A stretch of DNA of 62,993 nt, counting the filler, from Lenisia limosa (Eukaryota > Protista > Breviatea): assembly GCA_001655205.1 (NCBI GenBank). It is 11 parts of 11 records of this genome, joined end to end, with 100 filler letters (N's around TTAATTAATTAA, not from the genome) between each part and the next. Parts side by side here need not be neighbours in the genome. Positions count along the whole stretch, not along the records: positions 29,226 to 40,991 come from LPNZ01008413.1; positions 41,092 to 45,481 come from LPNZ01003264.1; positions 45,582 to 47,348 come from LPNZ01001115.1; positions 47,449 to 49,087 come from LPNZ01001367.1; positions 49,188 to 53,204 come from LPNZ01000808.1; 6 more parts are not named here. One strand, 5' to 3'. The notes under the pieces are model-generated. The model was not told where the DNA came from. It saw nothing but the letters and a program-made list of their open reading frames with translations, and did not search any database. Numbering within the stretch: the stretch's first letter is position 1; each line of letters begins with the position of its first letter. Below, piece after piece: positions 38,701 through 49,879 of this stretch. A program made the position numbers and the translations under genes.

Positions 38701-40915
38701 GGCTAAGCCTTCGTCTCCGGACTTCAACCTCTCGGTCCCTCGACCCCTCCTTCATTATTATTACGACTCCGTCCAATCTATTAGAAAAATTATAAATAAA
38801 AAAAATTGAGGTGGGCTATATCTCAGATGACGAACCCTCCACCCATCGCTCCCCCATCGAACACAACCGCTCCATCCGTCTCCCTTGCCACCAGCGATGC
38901 CACGCTGTCTGCCCAGCTCGTGTAGACGACGCCCGAGCTGTCATTGACTNNNNNNNNNNNNNNNNNNNNNNNNNNNNNNNNNNNNNNNNNNNNNNNNNNN
39001 NNNNNNNNNNNNNNNNNNNNNNNNNNNNNNNNNNNNNNNNNNNNNNNNNNNNNNNNCGCCCCAGGCTGCCCTTCCCTTCGCAAGAACTAATCCTCGTCTT
39101 TGATATATCTCGATTATGTACAACCTCTCTGGCCATGTGTTATTCATTTTGTTAATTCTAGGTAATATGAGGCCCCCTGTTAAATACCCTCGGTCATATG
39201 AGGCCCCATGTTAAATACCCTAGGTAATATGAGTTATCAGACGTTTGACCTCTGCACCTGGAAAGCCATTTCAGCTTCTAAGACTCGAGCCAGATCCCCA
39301 GTTTCCAAAACGGAGATAACACTGTAGAAGAGATGGATGGCCACAAGCAGAGACGCCAACTGTAGTGTCAGACAAAAAGCCAAGAGTCCTACTGGGAAGG
39401 CTTTGTCAGGGTACACTTCAACGAAGAGACCAGAGCAATGCCGGGATGGCTGTCGGAAAGGTCCAAGACAAGAGGAGTGAGGGTGATGGCAACCTACAGG
39501 ACGGCTTGAAGGCTGTTTTCAAGGCAGTGTTGCTGCTGAGTTTGGTGGTGACCAGAGGCACAAGTCGGCCTGCATTAAAGGCCATTTTGAACGGAGTATC
39601 CCTACAGGGGGGGGGGGGNNNNNNNNNNNNAAAGCGTTATTCTGTACACAGTGATCTGGCCACCCCTCAAGCCCCTTACGCCGCCCTGCTCGGAAGCGGT
39701 TAACACGGTGGTGATGATGTTGGCGGCGGCAAGGGCATGGCCAGCAGACGGCAAAGTCAGCAGGGCAGAAGCTGCATCATGAGTGCCANNNNNNNNNNTA
39801 AGCGTTATTCTGTACACAGCGATCTGGCCACCCCTCCAGCCCCTTACGCCGCCCTGCTCGGAAGCGATTAACACGGTGGTGATGATGTTGGCTGCAGCAA
39901 GGGCATGGCCAGCAGACGGCAAAGTCAGCAGGGCAGAAGCTGCATCATGAGTGCCACTTAGACAAAATCTCCCATAAAGTTGCTGTCCCTCCTAAACCAT
40001 GATAGGAGCCCTCCAACCGGTGCGGACAATGAGAGTCAGAGTATCAGCCGAGATCTCGGGATCCATGACCGCCGCCGTGAGGGCGTGGAGACAAGCTGAA
40101 AGGAGCCCGGACTGCCAGGACCGGGCGGCCGCGAAGGTCAAACACGCCAGCTGACGTGTTTCTGGGGGGGGGGGAGCAATGAACAAAATAAACTCTTGAT
40201 TGGCTTTGCTTCATTTCTCAGAACCCCCGAAGTTACCTTGGAGACAGAAGGAAACGGTGATATCGGAGTACATTTCGAGAGCTCTGATGCTGAGAAGCTC
40301 CTCCGGGGCCGACAACGCCCTAGGTAATATGAGGTCCCCTGTTAAATACCCTAAGTAATATGGTGCCAAACCTAAGTCACACCAGAAGGACTAAGACGGC
40401 CCCAGATTCAAATTCGCTCCCACACACCAACAGTGTATTTTACGATAACCCCGAAAACGCCGCTTCATTCATTCCCCCATCCGAGGCCGCACAGNNNNNN
40501 NNNNGCGCCCTAGGTAATATGACGCCCCATGTTAACGGGATTGTGTGGTATAATAAGGTTAGTTCTGCTGATATTAAGACTAAACTTAACGTGTCAAGTC
40601 ACGAACCATTTGAAGGCGGCCGAACTTAGCGCCTCCTTGAGGTTGGGCGAAAATGACTCCAAATGCGAAACAAGGTCGGGTAGAATTCTCTCCTTCGGCG
40701 GCGGGGACGGAACTGAAACGTCAAATGGTCCAACAACGCTTTTAATAGCATCTTGGCGGGCTATTTTGTTTCGTAAATTTTCCAATTTTACCCCCCCCCC
40801 TCACGTTCGATGCTTCTTTTGTTCATGGCTCGGATGTAGAACATATCGGGGAATGCCGCGGTTCGGAAGGCTTGTACAGCCGACCGTTTTGAGAAATCAT
40901 CCGTACTGGAATGTC
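35760..40915 (-). CDS. HEAT/ARM-like alpha-solenoid protein with acidic C-terminus; contains duplicated exon blocks; 5' end uncertain
   Basis: Helical exons such as LASLLVAIHLLDSVISVLETGDLARVLEAEMAFQ, YLGLASLLSDTKRTEVVNVTLDSVLPSLFDICPEAGRFLLAAAG, AVQELYTQLMLQDNRIV, CMSVVERLSNPPVPPVKAAQERLLKFLTE; D/E-rich final exons; stop at 35760-35762. Confidence 0.55.
37823..37890. mobile_element. MITE family 2 copy, opposite orientation, in an intron
   Basis: ta-CAATGACCGGGATAAGTCTTGACCGATTT followed by the reverse complement of the 60820-60842 core. Confidence 0.6.
37921..39618. repeat. Direct segmental duplication of about 390 bp (37921-38308 and 39234-39618)
   Basis: Near-identical sequence with scattered substitutions and a 4-nt deletion (gttg) in the second copy. 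Confidence 0.9.
39158..39233. repeat. 31-bp minisatellite (CTAGGTAATATGAGGCCCCCTGTTAAATACC), also at 40320-40362 and 40510-40542
   Basis: About 2.5 tandem units here; on the minus strand the unit is a 3' splice-site region. Confidence 0.85.
39631..39957. repeat. Direct duplication of about 160 bp (39631-39788 and 39800-39957) covering one exon
   Basis: Two copies of the GTHDAASALLTLPSAGHALAAANIITTVL exon with a few SNPs, separated by small N gaps. Confidence 0.8.
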
Positions 40916-40991
40916 AGATTGACTACTTCGCTAGATTACTGCTTTGAAAGGTTCAAACTTTGAATTGTGTTTTGTTTCATAAGTTTATATG

Positions 40992-41091
40992 NNNNNNNNN
41001 NNNNNNNNNNNNNNNNNNNNNNNNNNNNNNNNNNNTTAATTAATTAANNNNNNNNNNNNNNNNNNNNNNNNNNNNNNNNNNNNNNNNNNNN
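40992..41091. other. Artificial scaffold spacer
   Basis: Same structure. Confidence 0.95.
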
Positions 41092-41129
41092 TAAACTATG
41101 ACGACAATACAATTTAACATGCTGAAAGT

Positions 41130-41690
41130 AATCAATCCGCTAAACATGACCTACACCCACAATTTTGTAAGCGGTCACATAGATCGGCCAATTCCGCTGG
41201 ATTGCTGAGAGATCCAAATCAGGCCTTGCCCTTAGAACCGCATCAAAATCGTAGGTTATCTGGGGGGGGGGGGNNNNNNNNNNNNNNNNNNNNNNNNNNN
41301 NNNNNNNNNNNNNNNNNNNNNNNNNNNNNNNNNNNNNNNNNNNNNNNNNNNNNNNNNNNNNNNNNNNNNNNNNNNNNNNNNNNNNNNNNNNNNNNNNNNN
41401 NNNNNNNNNNNNNNNNNNNNNNNNNNNNNNNNNNNNNNNNNNNNNNNNNNNNNNNNNNNNNNNNNNNNNNNNNNNNNNNNNNNNNNNNNNNNNNNNNNNN
41501 NNNNNNNNNNNNNNNNNNNNNNNNNNNNNGCTCCACAAAATTCCTTGATTATCCACTCGAACTTTGATGGAAGGTTGCACAAAGTTCGAGTCAAAGTCGT
41601 CGGTTGTAACCTCAACCTAAACTGTCATGTTTTGGAGAAGGTCTTCAAACCATGGAAGATAATTATTTGGATTTGTACGTGGGGGAAGAA
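41130..41690 (-). CDS. Gap-interrupted exons of a hypothetical protein
   Basis: VEVTTDDFDSNFVQPSIKVRVDNQGILWS and ITYDFDAVLRARPDLDLSAIQRNWPIYVTAYKIVG, each after an AG acceptor. Confidence 0.35.
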
Positions 41691-42552
41691 TGGGAGGTAT
41701 GTGACCAATTTACCACCCATATTATACCCCTTGCCCCCATAGAAATAGAATGCAATGCTGTATAAATGAATGTAATGTCCTATAGTATAATNNNNNNNNN
41801 NNNNNNNNNNNNNNNNNNNNNNNNNNNNNNNNNNNNNNNNNNNNNNNNNNNNNNNNNNNNNNNNNNNNNNNNNNNNNNNNNNNNNNNNNNNNNNNNNNNN
41901 NNNNNNNNNNNNNNNNNNNNNNNNNNNNNNNNNNNNNNNNNNNNNNNNNNNNNNNNNNNNNNNNNNNNNNNNNNNNNNNNNNNNNNNNNNNNNNNNNNNN
42001 NNNNNGAAAATGCATTAAAACAAAAATAAGAGTAGAAAGGAAGCCGGGGGGAGGGGTACAATAAAAGGAAATTCGGCTCCATACCCACTCACATCAAACC
42101 ATGGGGAAGTCTCATTCAAATGACTATTCTCTATAACAGCGTAGTACTTTCCTAATATAGTAAATAAAAAGATGTCTACCTTCCTGATATGGTAATTTCA
42201 AATATATTTTCCAAATAAGGAAGGCCAAAACCACTCACCCGTCAAGCCTGAGGTGAACATTGCAGTGTCACTTTCCCTCTCGTAGCTAATAGCACCTAGG
42301 GNNNNNNNNNNNNNNNNNNNNNNNNNNNNNNNNNNNNNNNNNNNNNNNNNNNNNNNNNNNNNNNNNNNNNNNNNNNNNNNNNNNNNNNNNNNNNNNNNNN
42401 NNNNNNNNNNNNNNNNNNNNNNNNNNNNNNNNNNNNNNNNNNNNNNNNNNNNNNNNNNNNNNNNNNNNNNNNNNNNNNNNNNNNNNNNNNAGAGTCTTTA
42501 GCATTATGATTGAGATGACCTGAACCATTTTCATCTTTAATAAATGGTATCG

Positions 42553-42682
42553 TACGCTGACCAAAATATACAGTACATGTGTCAATACTGAGAGTGGAAT
42601 GAACGCTGACCAAAATATAGATGTGTCAATACTGAGAGTAGAATGAACGCTGACCAATAGATGTGTCAATACTGAGAGCGGT
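42553..42682. repeat. ~44-bp tandem repeat x3
   Basis: ACGCTGACCAAAATATAGATGTGTCAATACTGAGAG(T/A)GAATGA units. Confidence 0.85.
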
Positions 42683-43254
42683 CATTGTATAACACAGAAA
42701 CGAGTTGTATCTGGCTGAAGCTCAACACCATGCTTATAAGAGAAATTGGATTATATTGGATATAGTAAATCATCAATCATTTGTCACAACTCTGGCCACA
42801 TAGCCTTCAGCTTATATCCTCAGCATTGTATAATATACATAAAAAAAAGGCAATGAGAAATAAAAAAAAAAAAGGTTATATCTGGGTAGTATGATATGAA
42901 TCACTGAAAAGGTCAAGCGTTACTGTATTAATATAATAATGACGTGATAGTAGAGCGCTGGAGTTCTGAGTTTAGTTTTGATTAATGTAATGTTTGGGAG
43001 AAACGACTTACAGCACATCCACACTCACGTTTCTCGAAGTCTGAACAGAGCTGAAATAGTGAAAAAAGAAGGACAGAAAAGAGCCATAAAATAGCGGAGT
43101 AACATTATACATCAGCTTCCAGATAAAAGCTAACCTTAGCACATTTGGCCACAAGCAGGGGGTCAAAGGAAAACAGAGACACAATATCCTGATCTAAGGG
43201 GGACAGTTAGAAAGGACATAGTAAATAATTATATTGATCACATATATTCGTTTT

Positions 43255-44730
43255 GAGCCCAACTTGGATTGTCTGGAATTTTGTAGCGCTTTTCCTCGGC
43301 TCCTTCAAGAATACATGAAAAACATTCCTACAATGGTGGGTAAAATAGTCCTAAAACAGTCCAATTACAAATAAAAATACAGGGTAAGGTAAAGTCAGCA
43401 TTTTTTTGGTGAAATTCTACGAGAAGACAATAGCTAAAATTATTATTATGCAAAAGTAGCATGTAGATTTATGTTGAAAATCCAACCCTCTCCTCACCTC
43501 ATTTCGCTGGACAGCAGGCTTGATATTTACCTTGGGGTTCTTCACGTCAGCGGTAATTCCAGAAGACTGGGGGGGGGGGGGNNNNNNNNNNNNNNNNNNN
43601 NNNNNNNNNNNNNNNNNNNNNNNNNNNNNNNNNNNNNNNNNNNNNNNNNNNNNNNNNNNTAATGTGTGAAACAGAACAACCCAAAAATCAACACTTGACA
43701 AGCACGGAAGGTTGCAATTCGAGAGGTGTGGGTTGAAAATAACTCTTTACGGATGGGGTGACAAAAACAAACAAGTAATCCACGACTCTGTTTTCAGTGG
43801 AGTCAGAAAATGTCCTATTAAAAGCGTACGAGACTTGGAGTACCGCCCAATTTGACATGATTTACTCCGACAACAAAGGTCACGCCAGACGTTAGAGTAC
43901 TTGCTGGATTGGGGGAAGGGGGTGAAAAATTGGAAAATTTATGAAACATAAAGACCAAAGGAAAAATTGGAAAATATGAAACACAAACAAACGCTTAATA
44001 TCAATGGCATCTTGAATATATAGTTATGGACCCAAGAAAGCTTTTAGTATGAACTCCCACTTCAGATTGATCTGGTGAATACTTTATTCTTTGAAGTACA
44101 TTGGAACTGATATTGGTTATGCTTGCACCCGGTACTGATGCTAACTGCAACAAGGCTACGTGGCCATCACGGATTTGTGCTTTTATCGCCGCGTTTTCTA
44201 TCGCTCCGAGCCTCGTCTGTCTCTTCACAGTGTCCCTCCGTCAAACTGGACAAGCCACGGGGAGTTCTGCAGTTTCTCATTACTCACCCAGAAGTTGTAG
44301 AAGCACTTTGTGCTAAAGGCGGCATATCAAACGTCACTGTGAGGAATTTCAAACACCTTAAGCGTTCATAGCTTGATTTAATACACCTTAAGCGTTCATA
44401 GCTTGATTTTTTAAAAAAATTTCAGCTCATTACGACCGCCTTCAAGCACAAGATGGATCTCGGCGGACACTTTAAGACCAATGGCAGCAAGCCCAACAAT
44501 TGCTACATCTACCCACAGTCAGTAGCGCGGAACCATGCGCAGCTTCGGGTCAGTTGATCATAGTTTAGACAAGATGAAATTTCTTCGTTCTCAAATTTGG
44601 TGATTTGCTAAATTGCTAATGATGTTATCCTACATACTGACTTATTGGCCCCTTGAAGACGCGGCCGTTGCTGATATGGTTCTATTGGACAGCTTCTGAA
44701 AGTCACACCTTGGTGGATAGGAGTAGATGT
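43255..44730 (+). CDS. Hypothetical multi-exon protein
   Basis: Exons VESENVLLKAYETWSTAQFDMIYSDNK, GYVAITDLCFYRRVFYRSEPR, CPSVKLDKPRGVLQFLITHPEVVEALCAKGGISNVT, LITTAFKHKMDLGGHFKTNGSKPNNCYIYPQSVARNHAQLR; family not recognised. Confidence 0.45.
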
Positions 44731-45481
44731 ACAATTCTTCAAGTTGGTGATGATAGGAGTGAATATTCAATCACACCTTGAAAAGCTCAGTGTTATCGTT
44801 TTCTTTGTTCTTTACTACTGGCTCACACAAAATAGACTGAAATGTGATTAATTTTGGGGTCTTTTGACTCATTATCTAAGTTTACCCTGTGATTTCCTTA
44901 ATTTTGTACATCCTCATCTAATTGGGAAAAAAGGAAGCAATAGCAATAGAAAACAGTCCAACTGACATTCACGATACCAAAAGTAATCCCCTTTCAACTT
45001 CAACATGTGCAAATCATACACGTTCCCCCCCACCCCCCAAAAAAACACTCCCAAAACGAATATCAAGGAAGAAATAAAAACTCCCCAAGTTCTCCACACC
45101 CATTTCCTATGAACCTATGGTGGCCCACTAGTATCAAGGAGAGCAAAGTCGGAAATTGTAGTCGCATCGCTCTGATCATGTCAAAAACAATTTGGTATTA
45201 GTGAACAGAATGCGATTCTTGTTATGATAATGATTAGTAATACAAAGGTACTATTTTGCAATAATACCCCCTTTTTTAAATCAATATCTGTGATGAAACT
45301 TCACTCAATTCCAAAAAGACAAGATCGATGTCATCAAGAATTCAGCCTCTCTTGGAACCAATAGCAATCTCAACCTAATGATATCCTATGATCTCAAAAA
45401 AAACCGCATCCCTACGTTGACAGTAACGGGGAACGTGGTGTTACCAATTAAAACGTCTGCGAGATAGTTCAGTGTGATCAT

Positions 45482-45581
45482 NNNNNNNNNNNNNNNNNNN
45501 NNNNNNNNNNNNNNNNNNNNNNNNNTTAATTAATTAANNNNNNNNNNNNNNNNNNNNNNNNNNNNNNNNNNNNNNNNNNNN
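45482..45581. other. Artificial scaffold spacer
   Basis: Same structure. Confidence 0.95.
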
Positions 45582-45596
45582 CCCCCCCCCCCCTAA

Positions 45597-47320
45597 CCGG
45601 GTATGACAGAGTATAGTAGTCGCGAGTAATACCCAGGCCTCTGATGCGAACGTCGAACTCAAAAGCATCTCCAGAGGCGGGATACCCGACTGTAAATGGC
45701 AGATTAATCAGGTATAAGACTGTATTGGTGTGAATGGCAAATTAAACGGGTGACTGTAATCAGTGAATGGTCAGATAACAGGGTATAAGTGGGGCTTCAC
45801 TTTGGTTCGAAAAAAGACTGAATTTCTCGATAAATCCTCGAAAACTATCGATATTTCCCCGAACCGAAGTGAAGCCTAAGGTATAAAACTGTTATGTGTG
45901 AATAGTAAAAAAAAAACCGGGTATAAGACTAATGATTAGGGCTTCTCTGCGGTCCGAAAAAGTCCGTCAAAATATCGATATTTATCAAGGATTTATCGAG
46001 ATATTCAGGACCGTAGGGAAGCCCTACTAATGATCTGGAAGAAAAGTGAGTAAAATCTAGTAACAGGGTATCTGGGGGTAAGAAGGGTTGTTGGTGAAAT
46101 GATTGTATCCAATAGCATGATGGTTAAAATCGGGATTAACTCCCGTAAGTAAAACACTAGGACCCGTGAAATAATAGAATCTCGGACTAAAATGGTAAAC
46201 TTCATTCCGCAAATTAAAAACCAAGCCTGATCCACCAACTCACATTTAATGTCGCCAATGAAGTCGCCAAGGGAATTGATTGAGCTAGATGACGTAGTTG
46301 ACTTCTTAGTCAGGATAGTTCGTCCCATTAGGTTCTAAAATCAGTGAGTTATTGGTATGAGAATCATAACCGTCTTGCATTTTACTGTATGTATACGTGA
46401 TTCTTTGTATGAGTACGTTAGTTACTCTCATAAGTTTTTCAAATAGTATTAGGGCTCCAAGCAATTAATCTTTTGAGGAAATTAATTGACATTATTGATT
46501 AAAAGTGTCTGGAATAGTGTTCTCGTTATAATATGGCCGACTTCAAATTTTGAAATTAATATTTCAATTAATTACACGGAGCCCTAAATATTACCCCTCC
46601 GCATACCCCCCCCCTTACAAGGACATTATCCGATTCTGTGGTGAAGTAGCTGTTGCGGGGAAGGTAATAGCTGATCTCATACTAAAGACGATGATAAGTC
46701 TCATGTCAAACAAATTGTAGCTGATCTCATACTCAAGACGATGAGGTTTCATCTCATACAAAATAGTGTTTCAAAATAATTTTTGGTCAAATATTAAAGA
46801 TTATGTTAATATACTGTATCATCTCAAAAAAATATGACACCTAAAAACGCACCCTAAATTCGCACCCTATTCTAAATTAAAAACTATCAAAACTTGCGTC
46901 TCCCTTCAAGAACTATGATAAGAGCTTCCCTACTGCTCCAAAAAAAAAAGACTGAATATCTCGATGAATCCTAGATAAATATTGATATTTTACCTGTCTT
47001 TTTTGGACAATAGGGAAGCCCTACAAATGATACTCATAGAGGATTTTCCGAAAATTTCGGTCATTCATTGGACCATCATTAGGATTACGATATATTATAT
47101 AGTATATTATATTATATATTTTATATAGTATATAGCGATGATATATTGAGGATTTATCCAGAATTTAATCTCTTGCAGTACCCATCCTACTGGTCTGTTC
47201 TGATATTCGACAGTCGATTCAACAGTGTTGAAAACTAGGTTGGTAGTGCGAGCGCTGATGATGGACCCTGTCTTCGAGTCCCAAACTTCAGGGTAAAATC
47301 GAAGCTTGTTACTCTCCTGG
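45597..47320 (-). CDS. Fragment of a hypothetical, possibly extracellular beta-rich protein
   Basis: Exons ESNKLRFYPEVWDSKTGSIISARTTNLVFNTVESTVEYQNRP and VGYPASGDAFEFDVRIRGLGITRDYYTLSYP with GT-AG borders; both ends truncated. Confidence 0.4.
45790..45879. mobile_element. hAT-type MITE family 1A copy
   Basis: GGGCTTCACTTTGGTTCG...CGAACCGAAGTGAAGCC; TSD ggtataag/ggtataaa. Confidence 0.85.
45937..46026. mobile_element. hAT-type MITE family 1B copy
   Basis: TAGGGCTTCTCTGCGGTCC...GGACCGTAGGGAAGCCCTA; perfect TSD ctaatgat. Confidence 0.85.
46920..47023. mobile_element. hAT-type MITE family 1B copy
   Basis: AGAGCTTCCCTACTGCTCC...GGACAATAGGGAAGCCCTA with the shared core. Confidence 0.75.
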
Positions 47321-47348
47321 ACGTGTGAGGATGGCGGGGGGGGGGGGG

Positions 47349-47448
47349 NNNNNNNNNNNNNNNNNNNNNNNNNNNNNNNNNNNNNNNNNNNNTTAATTAA
47401 TTAANNNNNNNNNNNNNNNNNNNNNNNNNNNNNNNNNNNNNNNNNNNN
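47349..47448. other. Artificial scaffold spacer
   Basis: Same structure. Confidence 0.95.
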
Positions 47449-47509
47449 CCCCCCCCCCCCTTAGTGAAAATATGTTTTGAGGTCACAATTTTCTCTTTTA
47501 GGTCAAAAA

Positions 47510-49087
47510 TTAATTACAGAGAAAAAAAATCGCGTCTTCAATGTAGTTGTCCATCACTAACAGGGAGAATCTGATATGTTCTTGAGGTTCAGCCAGATTT
47601 AAGACGCGCTTCACTTCACCCATCTCATTTTCTTTGGCAAATCTCTTTTTCTTCAGAGCCATAACCGGTTTTTCTTTACGGAGCTTTTCGATGTGAATTT
47701 TACTGTGGTCGTCAGCCATTGCAGAGGTGGTTGAATAGAAATTACACTCAGGGCAGAATAAACTTTCGCTAACAGCCATTTGAGAAGGAATGCAGATTTC
47801 CTGGTGGACTTCAACTTTGTCTTTGAAGGCCAAACTGGAAATAGGCTTAGCAATATCTATCAACTGCTGGTATCAACAAATACTCTACCGCTTCGCCATT
47901 GTAGATGATAGCAATTATGAACCTCGTGACCATACGGCACGGATTGTTATGAAAAGAGGATCTCATAACATGTGAATCTTAACAGAAATCTGAAGAATAT
48001 GGGATCAAAATAGAAGCCGAGTCCATTCGCCGTGGTCGACTTGTGAAAACGTTGGAACTCCCAAATTTTGCATGGGAATCCCATGAAAATTTATGGTAAT
48101 TTGAAGAAATGTATGGGATTCCCAAAAAAATATATGGGAATCCCAAGTTGATGCGCCATTATCACGAGATTTCATCAGATCTATACAAGTTGTCTATTAC
48201 AGAAAGAACCGCTTATAACAGCTAATAAAAGTTAATACACATTTACATCGTGGCAATTTTGAGAAGGGCCTTTTGGAGATCCTTCTCCCCAGCTTGTTGC
48301 TGATTTGTCAAAAATAAAATTGAAGACGACAACAATGAACTGATGAGCATTATAAAACAAGCTCCAAAAAAGCCGTACCTCCATCGCCACTTTGACGAGA
48401 CTCTGTCGGGACATTGAATGTGAGCGGCCAGCTACGTCAGCCCAATACTCCTAAGCAAGTGAGACGTGTTGATAATTTCCCAAGGAAGTGAGAAAGTGAG
48501 AAGCAATTGCAAGGTGTAGACGGCTTAAAACCTTATTATTTCTCATCTCCATATCATATGATACTAGTACACTCACCGATACAGCATCTTCCACCATCGC
48601 TTCGGCCTCAAGAATAAGGGGTTCGTTTCGAGGGTCAAAAGGCTACATGGGGAGGGCAATAATAGTTGCATAATCGCATGTACAAAAGAGTTCCCACGTT
48701 AAGAATAAATTTTTATCACTATTTTTCCATTTACTCCCACCATGTATTTATTTGTTTCCCTAGATTTCTAATGGATACTATTCCTCTTGTTCAAAAACAA
48801 AATACCACACCTTTTGTATTGCGGTTTGTTGAATGATTTCGTGATGCTGGCGCAGTGTTGGCGTTCCCATTGCCCGCTGATGAGTTAAAACTGGTGCTCC
48901 ATATTGTTCTAATTCTTTTGCCTTTTCACTAAAGCCCAAGAAAAAGGCCAAGAAAGAAACATAAAAAGCCCACGGTTTCGAGGACAACGATAAAGGCCAA
49001 TTCAGCTAGTGATGATCCGGAGCAATATCCGCCAAAAGCGGGAGACACTGCTGTCTTCTGTCGTCTGGACCGGCTTGTTGGTGGTGG
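47510..49087 (-). CDS. Hypothetical protein with a single C2H2 zinc finger in the last exon; 5' truncated
   Basis: ORF 47510-47863 contains CPECNFYSTTSAMADDHSKIH (C-x2-C-x12-H-x3-H). Upstream exons include PFDPRNEPLILEAEAMVEDAVS. Confidence 0.5.
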
Positions 49088-49187
49088 NNNNNNNNNNNNN
49101 NNNNNNNNNNNNNNNNNNNNNNNNNNNNNNNTTAATTAATTAANNNNNNNNNNNNNNNNNNNNNNNNNNNNNNNNNNNNNNNNNNNN
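49088..49187. other. Artificial scaffold spacer
   Basis: Same structure. Confidence 0.95.
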
Positions 49188-49879
49188 TCCCCCTAGTTTC
49201 CCCGTTCTACCCCTCTACCTTGTAGCTCATGTTTTGTTTTTTGTTTGTTTGGAGTTTCAGATTATTCGGTTTGTGCTTAGCCCACTACCCCCTGATCTCT
49301 TCAGGGATGAAGAGACCATCATCACCTACACTCCCCCTTCTCGTGAGATTGCGATAGGCTAATGCCAGGACGTATTTATTGTTTCTCTTTCTTGTGTCAT
49401 GCTGAGCGCATGCTTCGTCTATTATTTTAATGTACACTAGTTTTGTAATTGCGCTTATGCTTCTCTATACCATGGAAAGTATAGTATCATTTCCTATTAT
49501 TTTAGCAGTAGTTTGGAGCACAGAAAAGCCACCGCAGAAAAGTGTCAATGATATGGGTGCACCGAAAAGTCACCGTAAGTGGTGCACAGAAAAGTCACAG
49601 TAGTATTGGCTGAAGATTGGTGCACACTTTATGTTTGCTCGGTGAATGGATTCTAACCTCTTTCAAACATCATTTTCCCAAAATAAGTAGTGGACAACAA
49701 ACATTCTCCTTAAATCGTTATAAACAGGTAAACATACATTCTCTTTAAATAACCAAACCTCTACTAGCCCCATCCTCTGATGCTCCCTATCAAGCTCTGA
49801 ACAGAATTGGTTCGGAAATCAATAAAAAACAGACAAAAAGCAAAAAGTTTGAGACATCGGGCTGTTAAACAACAAAATG

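Noticed and set aside
39158-39233. 31-bp repeats as a CRISPR array
   Set aside because: The units are head-to-tail with no unique spacers, the context is eukaryotic, and no cas genes are present.
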